Below the pieces are notes generated by a model. The model was given only the letters and a program-made list of their open reading frames with translations, did no database searches and was not told where the DNA came from. From contig CM022667.1 of assembly GCA_012295275.1 (NCBI GenBank), positions 10,168,001-10,232,000 on the forward strand: a DNA stretch of 64,000 nt. The letters are read 5' to 3'. This document shows, piece after piece, positions 49,684 through 63,961 of the stretch; the first letter of the stretch is position 1, and every line of letters starts with the position of its first letter. This DNA is from Chrysomallon squamiferum (taxonomy: Eukaryota; Animalia; Mollusca). The translations under genes were made by a program, and so were the position numbers.

Positions 49684-50224
49684 GAATCTACCTATATGTA
49701 GAATTCGGTGGTGGCTATTTTAAAACTTATTATACTAAATTATACTGTCGTGCTATTAATGTACAGTTTCTGAAAATGTCGGTAATATACTGATTATTTA
49801 CCTCTATAGCTTACTTTAATACAATCTGGCAACTTGGAATTAACCGGTATGTAACATTAAAATAAATAAATATGTTACCCATTCATTTCTACAAGTATTT
49901 CTAACACTATAAAACAGAGCATACAGAAACTGGATAGCCATCTGTCCCTGCTTCAGATTTTAACAAAGATAACGCAACATGTAGTTACCAACATAATTTC
50001 TTAATAATGTAATAATGGTGGCCAACTTCACAGTCCCATGTGTTCTCTCAGTGTGTTCTCTCTCCTAAAAAAACCCCAAACCCCTAAAACGGGTCTCGCC
50101 TTAAATAACAAATACGCGGACTTCTTTTGTCTCTCGCTAATGACTGTTAATTACTATGTGATCTCGTTAACTGGATTACTGCTAACTAATGGTGCATATT
50201 TAGATAATACATATAATAATAATA

Positions 50225-50271
<47 letters not shown>

Positions 50272-50609
50272 AATAATAATAATAATAAACGCTGTATATA
50301 AATAAAAGCAGTCTGTTATAAATCAGGAATAATCCTTATCTAGCGAGTCCCACTACTGTATTTCCCATTCTTACACAGCTCCCCAAGAAAGATAATTGAA
50401 AAGAAAAAGTAATAAAAAAGATGATTATATAGCCAGCAATAAATAATGATCTAATAGTGTTTATGCTATTTCAAATATTTTGCATATTTGAAATATTTAT
50501 GTAGAATTTTATATACATTATTCTGGTAAAAGCACAATATTGATTAAGTTATTACGTCAGTTGACATAATAAAATGTAAGATGGAAATACAATATAGAAA
50601 ACATGTTGC

Positions 50610-50705
50610 ATAATGGTTTTCATTGTTTTTGTCATTTTTGGGGATGTAGAGTCGTCTGTGAAGATCATAGCATAACTGAAAGATGCCGAAGAGGTTTACA
50701 GCCTT
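50610..50705 (-). pseudogene. Degenerate orphan SAMHD1-like E8 (fragment G)
   Basis: KAVNLFGIFQLCYDLHRRLYIP followed by a frameshift; acceptor context matches copy B (CTGTAAATTAGTTTTA). Confidence 0.75.
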
Positions 50706-51214
50706 CTGTAAATTAGTTTTAATATAACTTTAGCTTAAGAATAACTGTCAATCATATGTCAAACGTCAAGACGGTGTTTATACCGCCAATCACACCTCGT
50801 CTACAGCCGAGTGATGCCGGTATGAACACTACACTTAAGGCCCGCTATGGTAGGCTCTCCTGATGTAACATGTCCTGTAGGAAACGGACTACACACACAC
50901 ACACAGCCACCGAATTCAGCGTGCGTGTGGACTTCCTTGACGTCATTCGATGGTTGCACTTGGCACACTGAACAGTGTGTTGGAGACAACCTTCAAAGCA
51001 CGTATCGCCAAATGCGGCCTTGGTTTGGAGGATGGTGATGACTCGTCAAGAAGCTGCTGGTGAAGCAGCCAGAAGGACCAGCGTTAGATACGGTGTCCTG
51101 GGTCACTTGGTGTCGATGGACGATGTCACCAACTGTATGGTATGGTCAGTGATGACAGGGAACCTGCCCTCATAACAAACACAAGAGGATTTATGGATAC
51201 ATTTGCTCGGCTCC

Positions 51215-51246
51215 ACGGGTGTCCTTACAAGACACGTGCCACTGTA
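51215..51246. mobile_element. Possible single terminus of a TA-flanked CAGTGG-type DNA transposon/MITE
   Basis: Reverse strand reads TACAGTGGCACGTGTCTTGTAAGGACACC; no partner TIR found; lies at the break point of fragment F. Confidence 0.4.
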
Positions 51247-51573
51247 CCATTGTACGTATATGTACACCATAGTGTATTTTGGAAGGAAGGAAACAAAGGA
51301 GAAAGAAGGAAATAGACTATTTAACGACAAACTAATAACGTTTATTTACAGTTACAGTTGACAGACATAAGATAAAGGACCAAAATGAGGAACAAAACCC
51401 AAACATGAAAAGGTAGATAACTTCCATATAGATCTCCACTCAAAATATTAAGAGGAAATACAAAATCACAACTGACATTTCATCCAAAATCGAAATCTGA
51501 TACATAACAGTTACTCTTTGAGTTAAAACTGTGATTCCATCTGCCGAGCGCTGTTGTTTCTGACTAAACATAC

Positions 51574-51910
51574 CTCTGATTTTTCTAGCTTAAAAGCTTT
51601 ATCAGGCTGGCGTTTGGAGTAGAAATACAGATTTGTAAGTGGATTTGTTTCCTTCATGCCAAAATCAAACATCAGATCCTATAAAGTTGATGAATACTTA
51701 ATGAAAATACTCGGTAGTGAAGCTAGACACTTACAAAATATACCAAAATGTTAATTTCGCAATTATAGTATTAAAATGCTCATAAACTAAACAAAAATAA
51801 TATATCCAGAAAACAATAGTTATATATCTGAAAACAAACTCGAATAATTTTAATATATAAACGAGTTACAATACATTTTAGGTAGTGTTCTTTTCTCTAA
51901 TAATAATAAT

Positions 51911-51974
<64 letters not shown>

Positions 51975-52974
51975 CAAGGAACAAGCATGACTCAGCACAT
52001 TACCATTTTATAAAACCCCTCAACTTTCGCTTTCTGTTTCTCTTCTTCACTAAGAATTTTGCGTACCTGAAATAAATGAAAATCCAGTGTAACAACTGTT
52101 TATTTTTCTTTCATTTTCCATCTTTTAAAATAGATAATAACAATTCAATATTAATAATTATGTCATGATACAAATAAAAGGTTTTGAAAAGGTTTTATTT
52201 TTTCACTGCCTACAAACCTATCTTCCTTTCTTTCGTTTTCTTTTCTTTTAGACAACATAAAAGAGAAAAAATACATATTTTAAGGAAAATATGAATACAC
52301 ATGATACAAATGCACAAATATAGAAGTAATTTTAGACGACAACAATAACAGTTTAAAATCATTTTAATAATTGTGTATTAAGTGATCTGAATACAATCCG
52401 TAGCATTCTGCATTCATTCATTTAGATTATAAAAATATATTACAACCGTTTTCTGTGTTAACTTTCGTAATATATCATTTATTGTAAATCATTTTGTTCC
52501 AAAGATATAAAAAGAAAAACAATGTAACTACTTTTATCTGCTGTTCTTTCATTACAACCATGATAGTTCTGCCTTCATACATTTAGTTAATAAAACGTAC
52601 AATAAAAAAATATCTAAAAATCACCCATCTTCTCTTTTAATCCGTATATGTTCATCTGCTTTAATTAACGCTTCGACTAACATAGAAACACAACAGTAAA
52701 TTAATAGAAAATATACCTGTAACAACAATTGGTACTCTGCAGTAAAAAATACCTCTGACAATATAAAAAGCACACTTTGCAAAATGAGCCAAGTCTCTGA
52801 CAGCCCTTCTAGCTTTTACAAAGTACAGAGAGATTTCTTGTACGAAATGCAATTTACAAAATATTTGAGTTGAGTTTACATATTCTCCAAAGTTTTGGCC
52901 ATTCTGTGCGTGTAGGCTCGTCTGTGGAGATCATACCGTAACTGAAACATGTCGTAGATGTTTAGGGCCGCCTC
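51574..52974 (-). pseudogene. SAMHD1-like fragment F (D-like): E8, E9, E11 and E12 only
   Basis: 52880-52974 ([23 protein letters not shown]), 52625-52681 (acceptor mutated to TAT), E10 deleted, 52004-52066, 51574-51678 (DLMFDFGMKETNPL); introns are inverted copies of copy D introns. Confidence 0.85.
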
Positions 52975-53096
52975 CTGTAGGTTACTTTTACTGTATCTTT
53001 AGTTTAAGTATAACTGTTAATTGTATCTGTCTTTGCGTGTATTTTCACAGGAAACAGATACTACTATCTATCTATCTATCTATTTATCTATCTATC

Positions 53097-53149
<53 letters not shown>

Positions 53150-53554
53150 GTGTGTGTATATGTGAATATATATATATATATATATATGCTTAGTCGAATA
53201 GAAAATGCAGCATAAAGCTTATTATATCTTAACACAAATATTATCTATGCATATAGACCCGCACCCGCACACAAACATATCAAATACGAAGAAATCTGAA
53301 ACGTATGTTATCAATAATGGAAGGAAAACACAATCTACAGGTCAGTCAGTATAATGTATGAACTTTATTCCTTTGAAATCTAATTATTAGTTCAGAGTCC
53401 TCATGTACATTAATAAAAATATTTTTTTAATTCTGACTTTTTTCAATTTGAAGCAAAAAATATATTACTTAGGGCTGGCTGCAATGAGAATTATCTCTTT
53501 GGTTACACCAGGAAGGATTGATCTAAAGTCCCACTGCAGTCTGAGTGAGCAAAC

Positions 53555-53991
53555 TGACATAACGTTTGATTTGTACTGACGTAAGATTTTTCAATTTGAG
53601 GAAATCAAAACCGAAACTTACTTCATAAAAGTGTCCTCGTCTTGTATTGTAATGTTATTCACTGCCCACATCAACTATTTTCTTGTTTGTGTGTTTGTTT
53701 GTTTGTTTTTTTACTTATTTGTTTATTTATTTTTTATTTATTTATATTCGAGATTATTTTACATTATTTATTTTAATTTTAATTTATTTATTTACTTACT
53801 TCTTTATTTGTTTGCTTGTTTATTAAGCTATATATTTAGCTAGCTACCTAGCTAGATAGATAGACAGACAGACATACAGACATACATATAGATAGAGAGA
53901 CAGACAGACAGACAGACTGACAGATAGACAGACACATAGATAGATAGACAGACAGACAGATAGATAGATAGATAGACAGACAGACACTGAC

Positions 53992-54067
<76 letters not shown>

Positions 54068-55266
54068 TGATTGATAGATAGATAGATTGATAGACAGACA
54101 GAGAGAGACAGATAGATAGACAGTCAGACAGACAGACAGACAGACTGATTGACAGTTAGACAGACAGACAGAGAGAGACAGATAGATAGATAGACATACA
54201 GACAGACAGACAAACAGATTGACTGACTGACTTTCCCTTATGCCGGATTTAAACCCACTATATTTTTTCGTTTGTTTCTTTGTTTGTTGTTTTTGTTGTT
54301 CTTTTTTCTTCTTTTTCATCTTCTTTTATTATCAAGAATATGTCTTAATTTGAGAAATCAAAACCGAAACTTACGCGTTTTTTATTCTTCTTGTTGTATT
54401 TTTTATATCGCGATTATTTCTGTCATGAATCTAGCGTTGGTTTATTTTATCATTTTCACTATATATATATTAACGAGAGTGAATCGCTGTTTATTTGTTA
54501 ATAGCTCTATTGCTAATAAATTAATTACTTGTCTGTGCACAGTAAAGTTCGTTTTTATACCGTTAAGTGACCACACTGAAGGTATACATTATTTTCAAAG
54601 CACACTCAAGTAACAATCACCTATTATCATCTTACAGAGATAAGATTATAGTTCTTTCATCTTTTGTATAGAATGAATCATGTAACAAGTATATAGTTAA
54701 GTCTTTATCTCTGTCATGATTGTTGGTTCGGTCCATGTAATTCACAAAAAGTCGGAGTTACCCAGGGTCGTGAGAAGCGGTTTTAATTACGTCCTCCTGA
54801 GCAATACATTTTACGAGCTTTTGTTTTACAGAATGATCTGGCGACAGACATCTTGGGGTAAGGCTCGAACAATGTTCAATAAAAGAACGGATTTATTGGG
54901 TTTTTTTTTTTTTTTCTTTATGGGAGAATGCTCTGTACGGCTAGACCTAGGTAACTAGTATATATATATATATATATATATAGATAGATATATACATACA
55001 TACATACATACACACACATTTTCTTGTTTGTGTGTTTGTCTGTTTGTTTGTTTGTTTTTTACTTATTTGTTTATTTATTTTTTATTTATTTATATTCGAG
55101 ATTATTTTACATTATATATTTTTATTCTATTTTATTTTATTTATTTATTTGTTTGTTTGTTTGCTTGTTTATTAAGCTATATATTTAGCTAGCTAGCTAG
55201 CTAGACAGATAAACAGACAGACAGATATATAGATAGATAGACAGACAGAAAGACATACAGACATAG

Positions 55267-55297
<31 letters not shown>

Positions 55298-55346
55298 TTG
55301 ACAGATAGATAGATAAACAGACAGAAAGACATACAGATATAGAGAG

Positions 55347-55379
<33 letters not shown>

Positions 55380-56135
55380 CAGACAGACAGACAGATTGAC
55401 TGACTTTCCCTTACGCCGGATTTGAACCCACTATATTTTTTCGTTTGTTTCTTTGTTTGTTGTTTTTGTTGTTCTTTTTTCTTCTTCTTCATCTTCTTTT
55501 ATTACCAAGAATATGTCTTAATTTGAGAAATCAAAACCGAAACTTACGCGTTTTTTATTCTTCTTCTTGTATTTTTTATATCGCGATTATTTCTGTCATG
55601 AATCTAGCGTTGGTTTATTTTATCATTTTCACTATATATATATTAACGAGAGTGAATCGCTGTTTCTTTGTTAATAGCTCTATTGCTAATAAATTAATTA
55701 CTTGATGGTGTGCAGTAACGTTAGTTTATTGTTAATGGTCCACACCAAAGGTATACACGACATTCGAAGTAATCTCAAGTAACAATCACCTACCTACATC
55801 TCACAGAGATCAGATTATAGTTCCTTCATCTTTTGTATAGAATGAATCATGTAACAAGTATATAGTTAAGTCTTTATCTCTGTCATGATTGTTGGTTCGG
55901 TCCATGTCATCCACAAAAAGTCGGAGTTACCCAGGGTCGTGAGAATTACGTCCTCCTGAGCAATACATTTTACGAGCTTTTGTTTTACAGAATGATCTGG
56001 CGACAGGCGTCTTGGGGTAAGGTTTGAACAATGTTCAATAAAAGAACGGATTTATTGGGGTTTTTTGTAGTTTTTTTCGTTATGGGAGAATGCTCTGTAC
56101 GGCTAGACCTAGGTAACTAGTCTATATATATATAT

Positions 56136-56184
<49 letters not shown>

Positions 56185-56530
56185 CACATACATACATACA
56201 TACATACATACATACATACATACATACACATTTTCTTGTTTGTGTGTTTATTTGTTTGTTTTTCTACTTATTTGTTTATTTATTTATTATTTATTTATAT
56301 TGGAGATTATTTTACATTATTTTTATTTTATTTTATTTTATTTATTTATTTATTTACTTACGTATTTGTTTGTTTGTTTGCTTCTTTATTAAGCTATATA
56401 TTTTGCTAGCTAGCTAGATAGATAGATAGACAGACAGATAGATATATAGATATATAGACAGACAGACAGATAGACAGAGAGATAGACAGACAGAAGACAG
56501 ACAGACAGATAGACAGACAGACAGACAGAC

Positions 56531-56580
<50 letters not shown>

Positions 56581-57400
56581 TCAGATAGATAGATACACAG
56601 ACAGACAGACAGACTGATTGATTGACTGACTTTCCCTTACGTGGGATTTAAACCCAGTATATTTTTTCGTTTGTTTCTTTGTTTGCTGTTTTTGTTGTTC
56701 TTTTTTCTTCTTCTTCATCTTCTTTTATTATCAAGAATATGTCTTAATTTGAGAAATCAAAACCGAAACTTACGCGTTTTTCATTCTTCTTCTTGTATTT
56801 TTTATATCGCGATTATTTCTGTCATGAATCTAGCGTTGGTTTATTTTATCATTTTCACTATATATATATTAACGAGAGTGAATCGCTGTTTATTTGTTAA
56901 TAGCTCTATTGCTAATAAATTAATTACTTGATGGTGTGCAGTAACGTTAGTTTATTGTTAATGGTCCACACCAAAGGTATACACGACATTCGAAGTACAC
57001 TCAAGTAACAATCACCTACCAACATCTTACAGAGATCAGATTATAGTTCCTTCATCTTTTGTATAGAATGAACCATGTAACAAGTATATAGTTAAGTCTT
57101 TATCTCTGTCATGATTGTTGGTTCGGTCCATGTCATCCACAAAAAGTCGGAGTTACTTTGGGTCGTGAGAAGCGGTTTTAATTACGTCCTCCTGAGCAAT
57201 ACATTTTACGAGCTTTTGTTTTACAGAATGATCTGGCGACAGACGTCTTGGGGTAAGGTTTGAATAATGTTCAATAAAAGAACTGATTTATTGTTTTGTT
57301 TTCTTCTTAGAGGAGAACGCTCTGTACGGTAACTGCTGTATTGAATGTATAGCTAGCGCTAATAATTATAAAGTTCGTGTTGTGTTTGTTGTGTTTCTAA
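53555..57400. repeat. Second tandem array of SAMHD1 promoter/upstream blocks (~1.2-kb unit)
   Basis: GAAATCAAAACCGAAACT at 53601, 54354, 55527 and 56753; part of a segmental duplication ~53170-58700 matching ~18860-22960. Confidence 0.85.
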
Positions 57401-57414
57401 TGAACAAAAACGTG

Positions 57415-57476
<62 letters not shown>

Positions 57477-58249
57477 TGTATGTATGTATGTTATTTTATT
57501 TCAAATTATTTGTGTTTGTCTGTGTTTGTGTGTGCATGTGTGTCACAGAATGTGATGATGTATGGATATCTAATATTTGTGAGTATTTGACTAAAGATCT
57601 GCAGATATTTTCACTTGTGGTAATAAAGAGAATTTCATAAAAGGATTATTATGAAAGATTTTGTGCATATTTCTTGGTTTCATATTATAATTTGAGAAAG
57701 AAACGACCTAGGTATGGAAGTGAGTTTGAAAGAACAAAGATGAAATAGAATATTTTAACAGATGCAGATGTTATATTCACATGTTATTGTAATATGTGTC
57801 AAATTAGCTTGACAAGTATTCTGTGACAGTTAAATTACAAAGATACTAAGGTTTAAAATAAATAAGCTGTTATTTTATTTATCAACATGTAAATATTAAC
57901 ACTTTCAGGTAAATATCACTTTCACTTAATGATTTTCTTTATTGGTTTTGTTAGTAGTTATTTTATTTAATATTTAAAGTTTAATAAAAGTATTCCTTGA
58001 ATATTTTAACGTTGTTTTTAATGTCTTATTTATTACACAAATTGTAACACGAGTATGCATGAAATAGACAGGTATTCTCCTCATGATATGAAAAAAAAGA
58101 AAACAAAACATAAATAAAAAATATCAAGATACAGCAAACCTAAGGATTTATTCATTTTACAAGGTAAATTAACATTATAAATCAATAAATGAAAGAAAAC
58201 AAATAAATTAAATTTTAAACAATGTCATAATTAAGGAATCAGGATATTG

Positions 58250-58600
58250 GCAATGCAATGGCTGGAAGTAGGTCATCCTCTGAGAATTTACTGAGATAGG
58301 TTTAAACAATATCATAAATAAGTAATCAAAATACTGGTTAGAGTATTACTGACCAGTGCGAGCACCAGAACCAAGCAATTCTATAAATGAGGAACTCCGA
58401 ATCTCGCTGTGAAAACTGGAGTTCTGAAACTGAAGAAACTTGAGCCAGAAAGTCCATTCTGTTTTATAGTAATGTCCTAAGCAACAAACAAGTATGTCCT
58501 TAATGTCACAGAACTCTTCTTTCTACTGACCCTTGGCTCCGTGTATGCCTAAGTTTCCCTTGAACAATCACCAACTCTGCCCCCGTTACTTTCAGTTCAG
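58250..58600 (-). mobile_element. Ginger2/KRABD2-like integrase remnant (copy 3)
   Basis: Near-identical to 22490-22865; here reads GKLRHTRSQGSVER. Confidence 0.7.
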
Positions 58601-59105
58601 TGATTATATTATACATATTTCCTGATAATACATATTTCTAAAAACTCACCAGCAACAAATAAAAGGAATAAATTATCAAGTTAAAGAAAAGTGTAAATTA
58701 TCACAAATAAAGATAAAATTTTAATAAAATAAAGGGATCAATAATAATATTAATAAAAAAAGATGAATTATTATAAATAAATATAAAGAATAATAAACTA
58801 AAGGAATCAATTATTACATTAGTGAAAATACGAATTAGTATAAATAAATCTAAATAGTAATAAAACGCACGAATCAGTTATAACATTAGTGAAAAATACA
58901 CATTAATCTAAATAATAATAAATAAAGGAATCAAGTATCATTTTAGTGAAAATATAAAATAACAGACACACAAAAAGATAAATAGCAATAAAATAAAGGT
59001 ATCAATTATCACATCGAAAAGTTCAAACTATCACATATATAAAAAAGATATATATGTATTTTAAGTTCATCTAAGATTAAAACACTCATCTTCCTCTTTG
59101 AATTT

Positions 59106-61861
59106 TTATTCCTCAGTACTTGTGCTAAGTAACCACTGCGGATCTGTAATAATAAACAAAAATTTACTTTAAAAAACAAAGAATTACAAAGAAATCTTGC
59201 CTATGACAGATGGCCAATAAATATTTTAAAACTAATCAACAAATCCATTAATTAATAATGAAAACATTTATATATTAATGACTTTATGTTAGTTCTATAA
59301 ATACTAGTTTTTATAAAAGACCTAAATTTTTAAATTACTTTCAGATTTGATGTTGGGAGAGACAGCGGAAGGAGAGTCAAGAAAAACGGTAAACAAAATA
59401 ATTTTCTTATTTGTGGATATTTCTTTTATTTTTATTGATTGATTATTTTTCATACCTCCAAGTTCCTGCTGTTTACAAACTTTTTTAAAGTAACGAAAGA
59501 GATTTCTTTGTTTCTCTTCATCGTTATCTTTGCAGACAACAAAGATAATACGTTCTGAAAAGTGTTCTGGTAGCAGAAGTGAAATCTAAAAAACAAACAA
59601 AAAAAAAAAAATCAACAAAACAACAACATACTAATAATAGTAATAACAAATAAAAAAAATTAGTAATAAATAAATAAATAATTAATTAATTAATATACAT
59701 GATATATTCTTTCCAATTAATAGCAATGGATCTTTTATATTTATCATCGATGTTGTTACACATATATTGTCGTATTCCTATATTTGGCTGAACGTACCTT
59801 GGATTTTTCTAGGGTAGAAGCTTTATCAGGCTGTGCTTTTGAGTAGAAATACACATTTTCAACAGGATCTTTTTCATCCATGCCAAAGTCAAATTTCAGT
59901 TCCTATTAAATATAAAGAGAGTTTTGTGAAAAATATTGAATCTGCCTAATTTAATCCAATTCTAATATAAAAAATATATGTAAGTAGTTTAAATTCGTCA
60001 TAAACACTGAAAGGAAAATCATTCAGTAATTTTCCATACATTTATTTAAAATATTAAAATAGTTTATTTTAAACTTTATTCAGAAATAATTCAGGAATTT
60101 TCAACATTCTAATATATATATATATATGAAAATACTCCGCGGATTACCATTTCATAACAGCCTTCAACGTGTTCTTTCCGCATCTCTTCTTCTGTGATGC
60201 CACTAATTACCTTTTGAATTCTACTGAACTAAAATAAACAACAGCCAAATATTACGACTCTTTCTTCTGTTTTTGATTCTTTTTTTAAACTTTATTCTTT
60301 TCCTATTTCTTTTTTCATGTTGTGTTTTTTCAGCTTTGTGACAAACTTCGCTTTCCAATGAAAAAGGATTGAATTTTCTATTTCTTACTGCAAACATTTT
60401 CTTTCCTTCTTTTTTTTTTTTATAGAAAAATGTAGAACAAATTATTTCAGTCAAAAAAGGTTAAATTCAAGAATTTCGTGAATTATTCACAAATGACAGC
60501 CACCAATGAAAATTATTGTAAACTTATTAATTTGCTTTTTCTACTTCGTCAGTATGAAGGCATCTGCAAGATAAGAACGACTGAATAAATATTTAACAAC
60601 TAAAATTATTTTGCTATAAGAATGATGTTATATTGAAAATCATTTCACAATTAAGTAAAGATTTAAATAAAATAAAAGCTTAACAACCTCAGTTTCTGTC
60701 AGGTACGGACTTTGTGCAACACATTTGTCCACTTTTCTCTCCACGATTCTTTTCAAAATGTTTCTTGCATCCTCGAGTTCTTCACTGTCAGAAAACAGAA
60801 TTTTCGTGAACACGTCATCTGTCAGTTTGCTGTAGGCCACTGGATCGTCAATACATTCAGACATCTTTCTTTTTGTTCTGTAAAATACAACATGTATAGA
60901 TGAGGTGATATTTTATGCTGATATGTACCATATACCGCTAATGATGGAAAATGATTATTTCTACCAGGGTTCGAGATTAATGTGTTTCTGGTCTGTTCAG
61001 CATGATCATTCTTCAGCGGATGAGACATTTTCATCATCTATGCCACATACTGGTTTTACTGCAAGAGTTAATTTAGACAGAGTTATCTATGTACTGTGAA
61101 GAAAAAAGAGAAAAAGTTAGAACTGGAGATTACTATTTTGGGAACAAACAAAGAAACAAAGAGACAAACAAATAAATAAATAAATAAATAAGATAATTCT
61201 AATTATAAAAATGAATATAATTCTTAATTTCAGTATCTTTATTCGCAACCAAATTACTCTGTTTCTGATGTGTTGCACTCCTAATATATCATTTATTCTC
61301 TATAAGTATGTTTCATATTGGAAACATAATAATTTTACATTCATTCATTTGGATGATAAAAATGTATTAAAAAGTTTAGATCTGTAAACTTTCACAATAT
61401 ATCATTTATTCTAAACAAATTTTGTTCCAAGGATATAAATACAAAAGCAATTTAAGTAATTGTATCTACTGTGATTACAAAAGTGATAGGTCTACCGTCA
61501 TTCATTTAGTTAATAAAACGCACAATAAACACTTTCTGAGATACATATATAATATAAATAATTGTATATATAGTGTGATGTCATTACCAGCATGATAATT
61601 CCACCATAGTTTATGTCAATAAGAAAATCTAAAATAAAAAATATGAGAAATACAAGTTTTAGCAGTGTAATTTCAGAGATACAACAATGTACACTCACCC
61701 TTGTCTTCCTTCAATGAATATATGATCATTTGCTTTAATGAAAGCTTGGGCCAACCTAAAAAGGCAAGAGTTAGTAAATTTGTAATAACAGTGATAAAAT
61801 AGGCTCACATATCTTTTGTGTACAGGTGGGCTTTACAAAACAGAAAGACATATTTTTCTTC

Positions 61862-61907
<46 letters not shown>

Positions 61908-61918
61908 TATTAATTAAT

Positions 61919-61953
<35 letters not shown>

Positions 61954-62711
61954 TTAGAACAAAAATAAATAAAAATAACGCATTTTATGAAAGTAAACGA
62001 GAAAGTTACATTTTTGTTTTCATGACAGCAGTATTTAATACACTTTGCTAAAATATTTCAGCAGAATCAAACTCACATATGCTGGAGCGTACTGGTCACT
62101 CTGTGAATGGCGGCTCGTCTGTGAATTTTATAGCGTGTTTGAAACAGCTCGTAGATATCTAAGGCCTCCTGTTAATAAGTTACAATATATCAACAGATTG
62201 TCAACATTTGTGGACGTATGGGTAATATTTTTTATCCAGTTTTATCAGAGTGCAAATCATGTCCAATACCGTTTGCTGTAAATCATTTATAACAATCTTT
62301 TCTGGTATCAAAGTGTATAACTTGATATAAATCAGATTATAACGACGAGGATGATGTTGAAGATTAAGTTCCTGATGACGAATGTGATAATGGTAATGAT
62401 TAAGATGATGATTACGATAATCATAACATTGATGATGAAGATATTATGAGGATGATGATGATATTATCTCACTTTATCCCTCCCACAAATGTGATACCGC
62501 CCGTCTTCAGCTTTTAGAACTCTGGCAAACTTCATGTAACGAATGTGATCGAAATTGCTTTTGAATCCGAGCTGATAGCTGTCTCGTGCGAAATACTCGA
62601 ACTTGTCGACATCAATCCCATTGCTTTTGTTTGCAACTATCTGAAAAACAAAGACACTTATAATTTAATGTTTTGAAATCAAATCTGTTAAAGCGTTTAT
62701 AAAACATCAAA

Positions 62712-62774
<63 letters not shown>

Positions 62775-62889
62775 TGATGATGATTATGATAATAATAAAA
62801 ATAATATTAAAAACAACAACAACAACAACAACTATAATATTAATAATAATAATGATAATAATAGTAATAGTAATAATAATAATAAAATC

Positions 62890-62937
<48 letters not shown>

Positions 62938-63961
62938 TGTTTATCATGTCTGGATCGATCTATGTTTTCATCTTAATTTAATTCATTAATTATTTATTTA
63001 TTTCATTTATTATTTACAAAAGACTTCTTTCCAAAATAAATGAAATTATTATTTTTAACAAATGCCATAATTCATAGTGATGAGGGGATAAATCAGTGTT
63101 GTTGTACATTAAATATCTAATTGCAAATCTGTCATTGAGGTGACTCCATATTTAAAAAGGAACAAAATAAAAAAGCGTCATAAATCAGAAGAAACGGCAG
63201 CAGTCATATTCATGGGTGACTTCTTTTACTGTTTGAGTTTGTTATTAGTAAAGATTGGTTTCATATTATAAATAATAATATAAGAATATATGGAATTGTA
63301 GATGCCGGTTCCTACTACTCTTCCCAAACCATCCAATATACAATAAAATTAAAATTATCATGTTTATAAATTAAATCATCAGATTATTTTTTACATTATT
63401 ATTATTTATTATTATTATTTGTTAATACTTTTACCCTTTTTTTTGTGATGGTATTTTTTTGTCGTAAAAACATAAATAAAAGTAGCCTTTAATAAAATAT
63501 AATTTATAATTCTGTTTATGATTGCAACAAACTTTGCTATATATTTCATATAATTTAAAACAAAATGAGAGGTACAGCAATAATAAAGATTAAATTATAA
63601 AGCAGCTTTAATTAGAAATAATATAACCGTTTTACCTCAAACAGAAAACGTTTGTTTTCATCCCTGCCAATGTTTTCCCAGTCCTAAGGAGAAAAAGTAA
63701 TAACATTAGAATTAAAACAAAAAACCAATAACAATCATTTATACCATTATTATTTCAGTTGGTACTAAACATTCAGAACAATTCCCTAGTCACAGATGCA
63801 TGTTAATGTCTCACCTGTTTTCGCATATTGTCAGGGAGTCCCTTCATCAGCAGTTTTATGAAATTTTTGTCCTTTTCGTACAGTCCTCGTTTTTCAAATT
63901 CTGGATCAAGTTTGTTTTCTTCAATTAAATGGTCAAACATCATTTCAGTAGCCTCCTCGTG
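59106..63961 (-). CDS. SAMHD1: SAMHD1-like copy E (type II); E4-E14 visible and intact, 5' part beyond the window end
   Basis: Exons: 63815-63961, 63636-63683, 62473-62640 (IDVDKFEYFARD), 62077-62168 (IHRRAAIH), 61699-61755, 60688-60877, 60148-60228, 59798-59902, 59456-59585, 59106-59143; in frame and GT-AG. Confidence 0.82.
59345..59388 (+). other. Inverted copy of the N2 mini-exon inside the last intron of copy E
   Basis: TCAG|ATTTGATGTTGGGAGAGACAGCGGAAGGAGAGTCAAGAAAAACG|GTAAAC resembles copy D 39867-39909. Confidence 0.6.

Noticed and set aside
50760-51180. GC-richer segment with several short ORFs
   Set aside because: No recognisable protein or RNA motif; probably a repeat remnant, cannot be assigned without a search
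54272-54613. Repeated hydrophobic ORF (…LRNQNRNLRVFYSS…) in each 1.2-kb unit
   Set aside because: Non-ATG starts, inconsistent lengths and AT-rich composition; the conserved RNQNRN is just the ISRE-like motif; not conserved as an ORF in the copy B homologue
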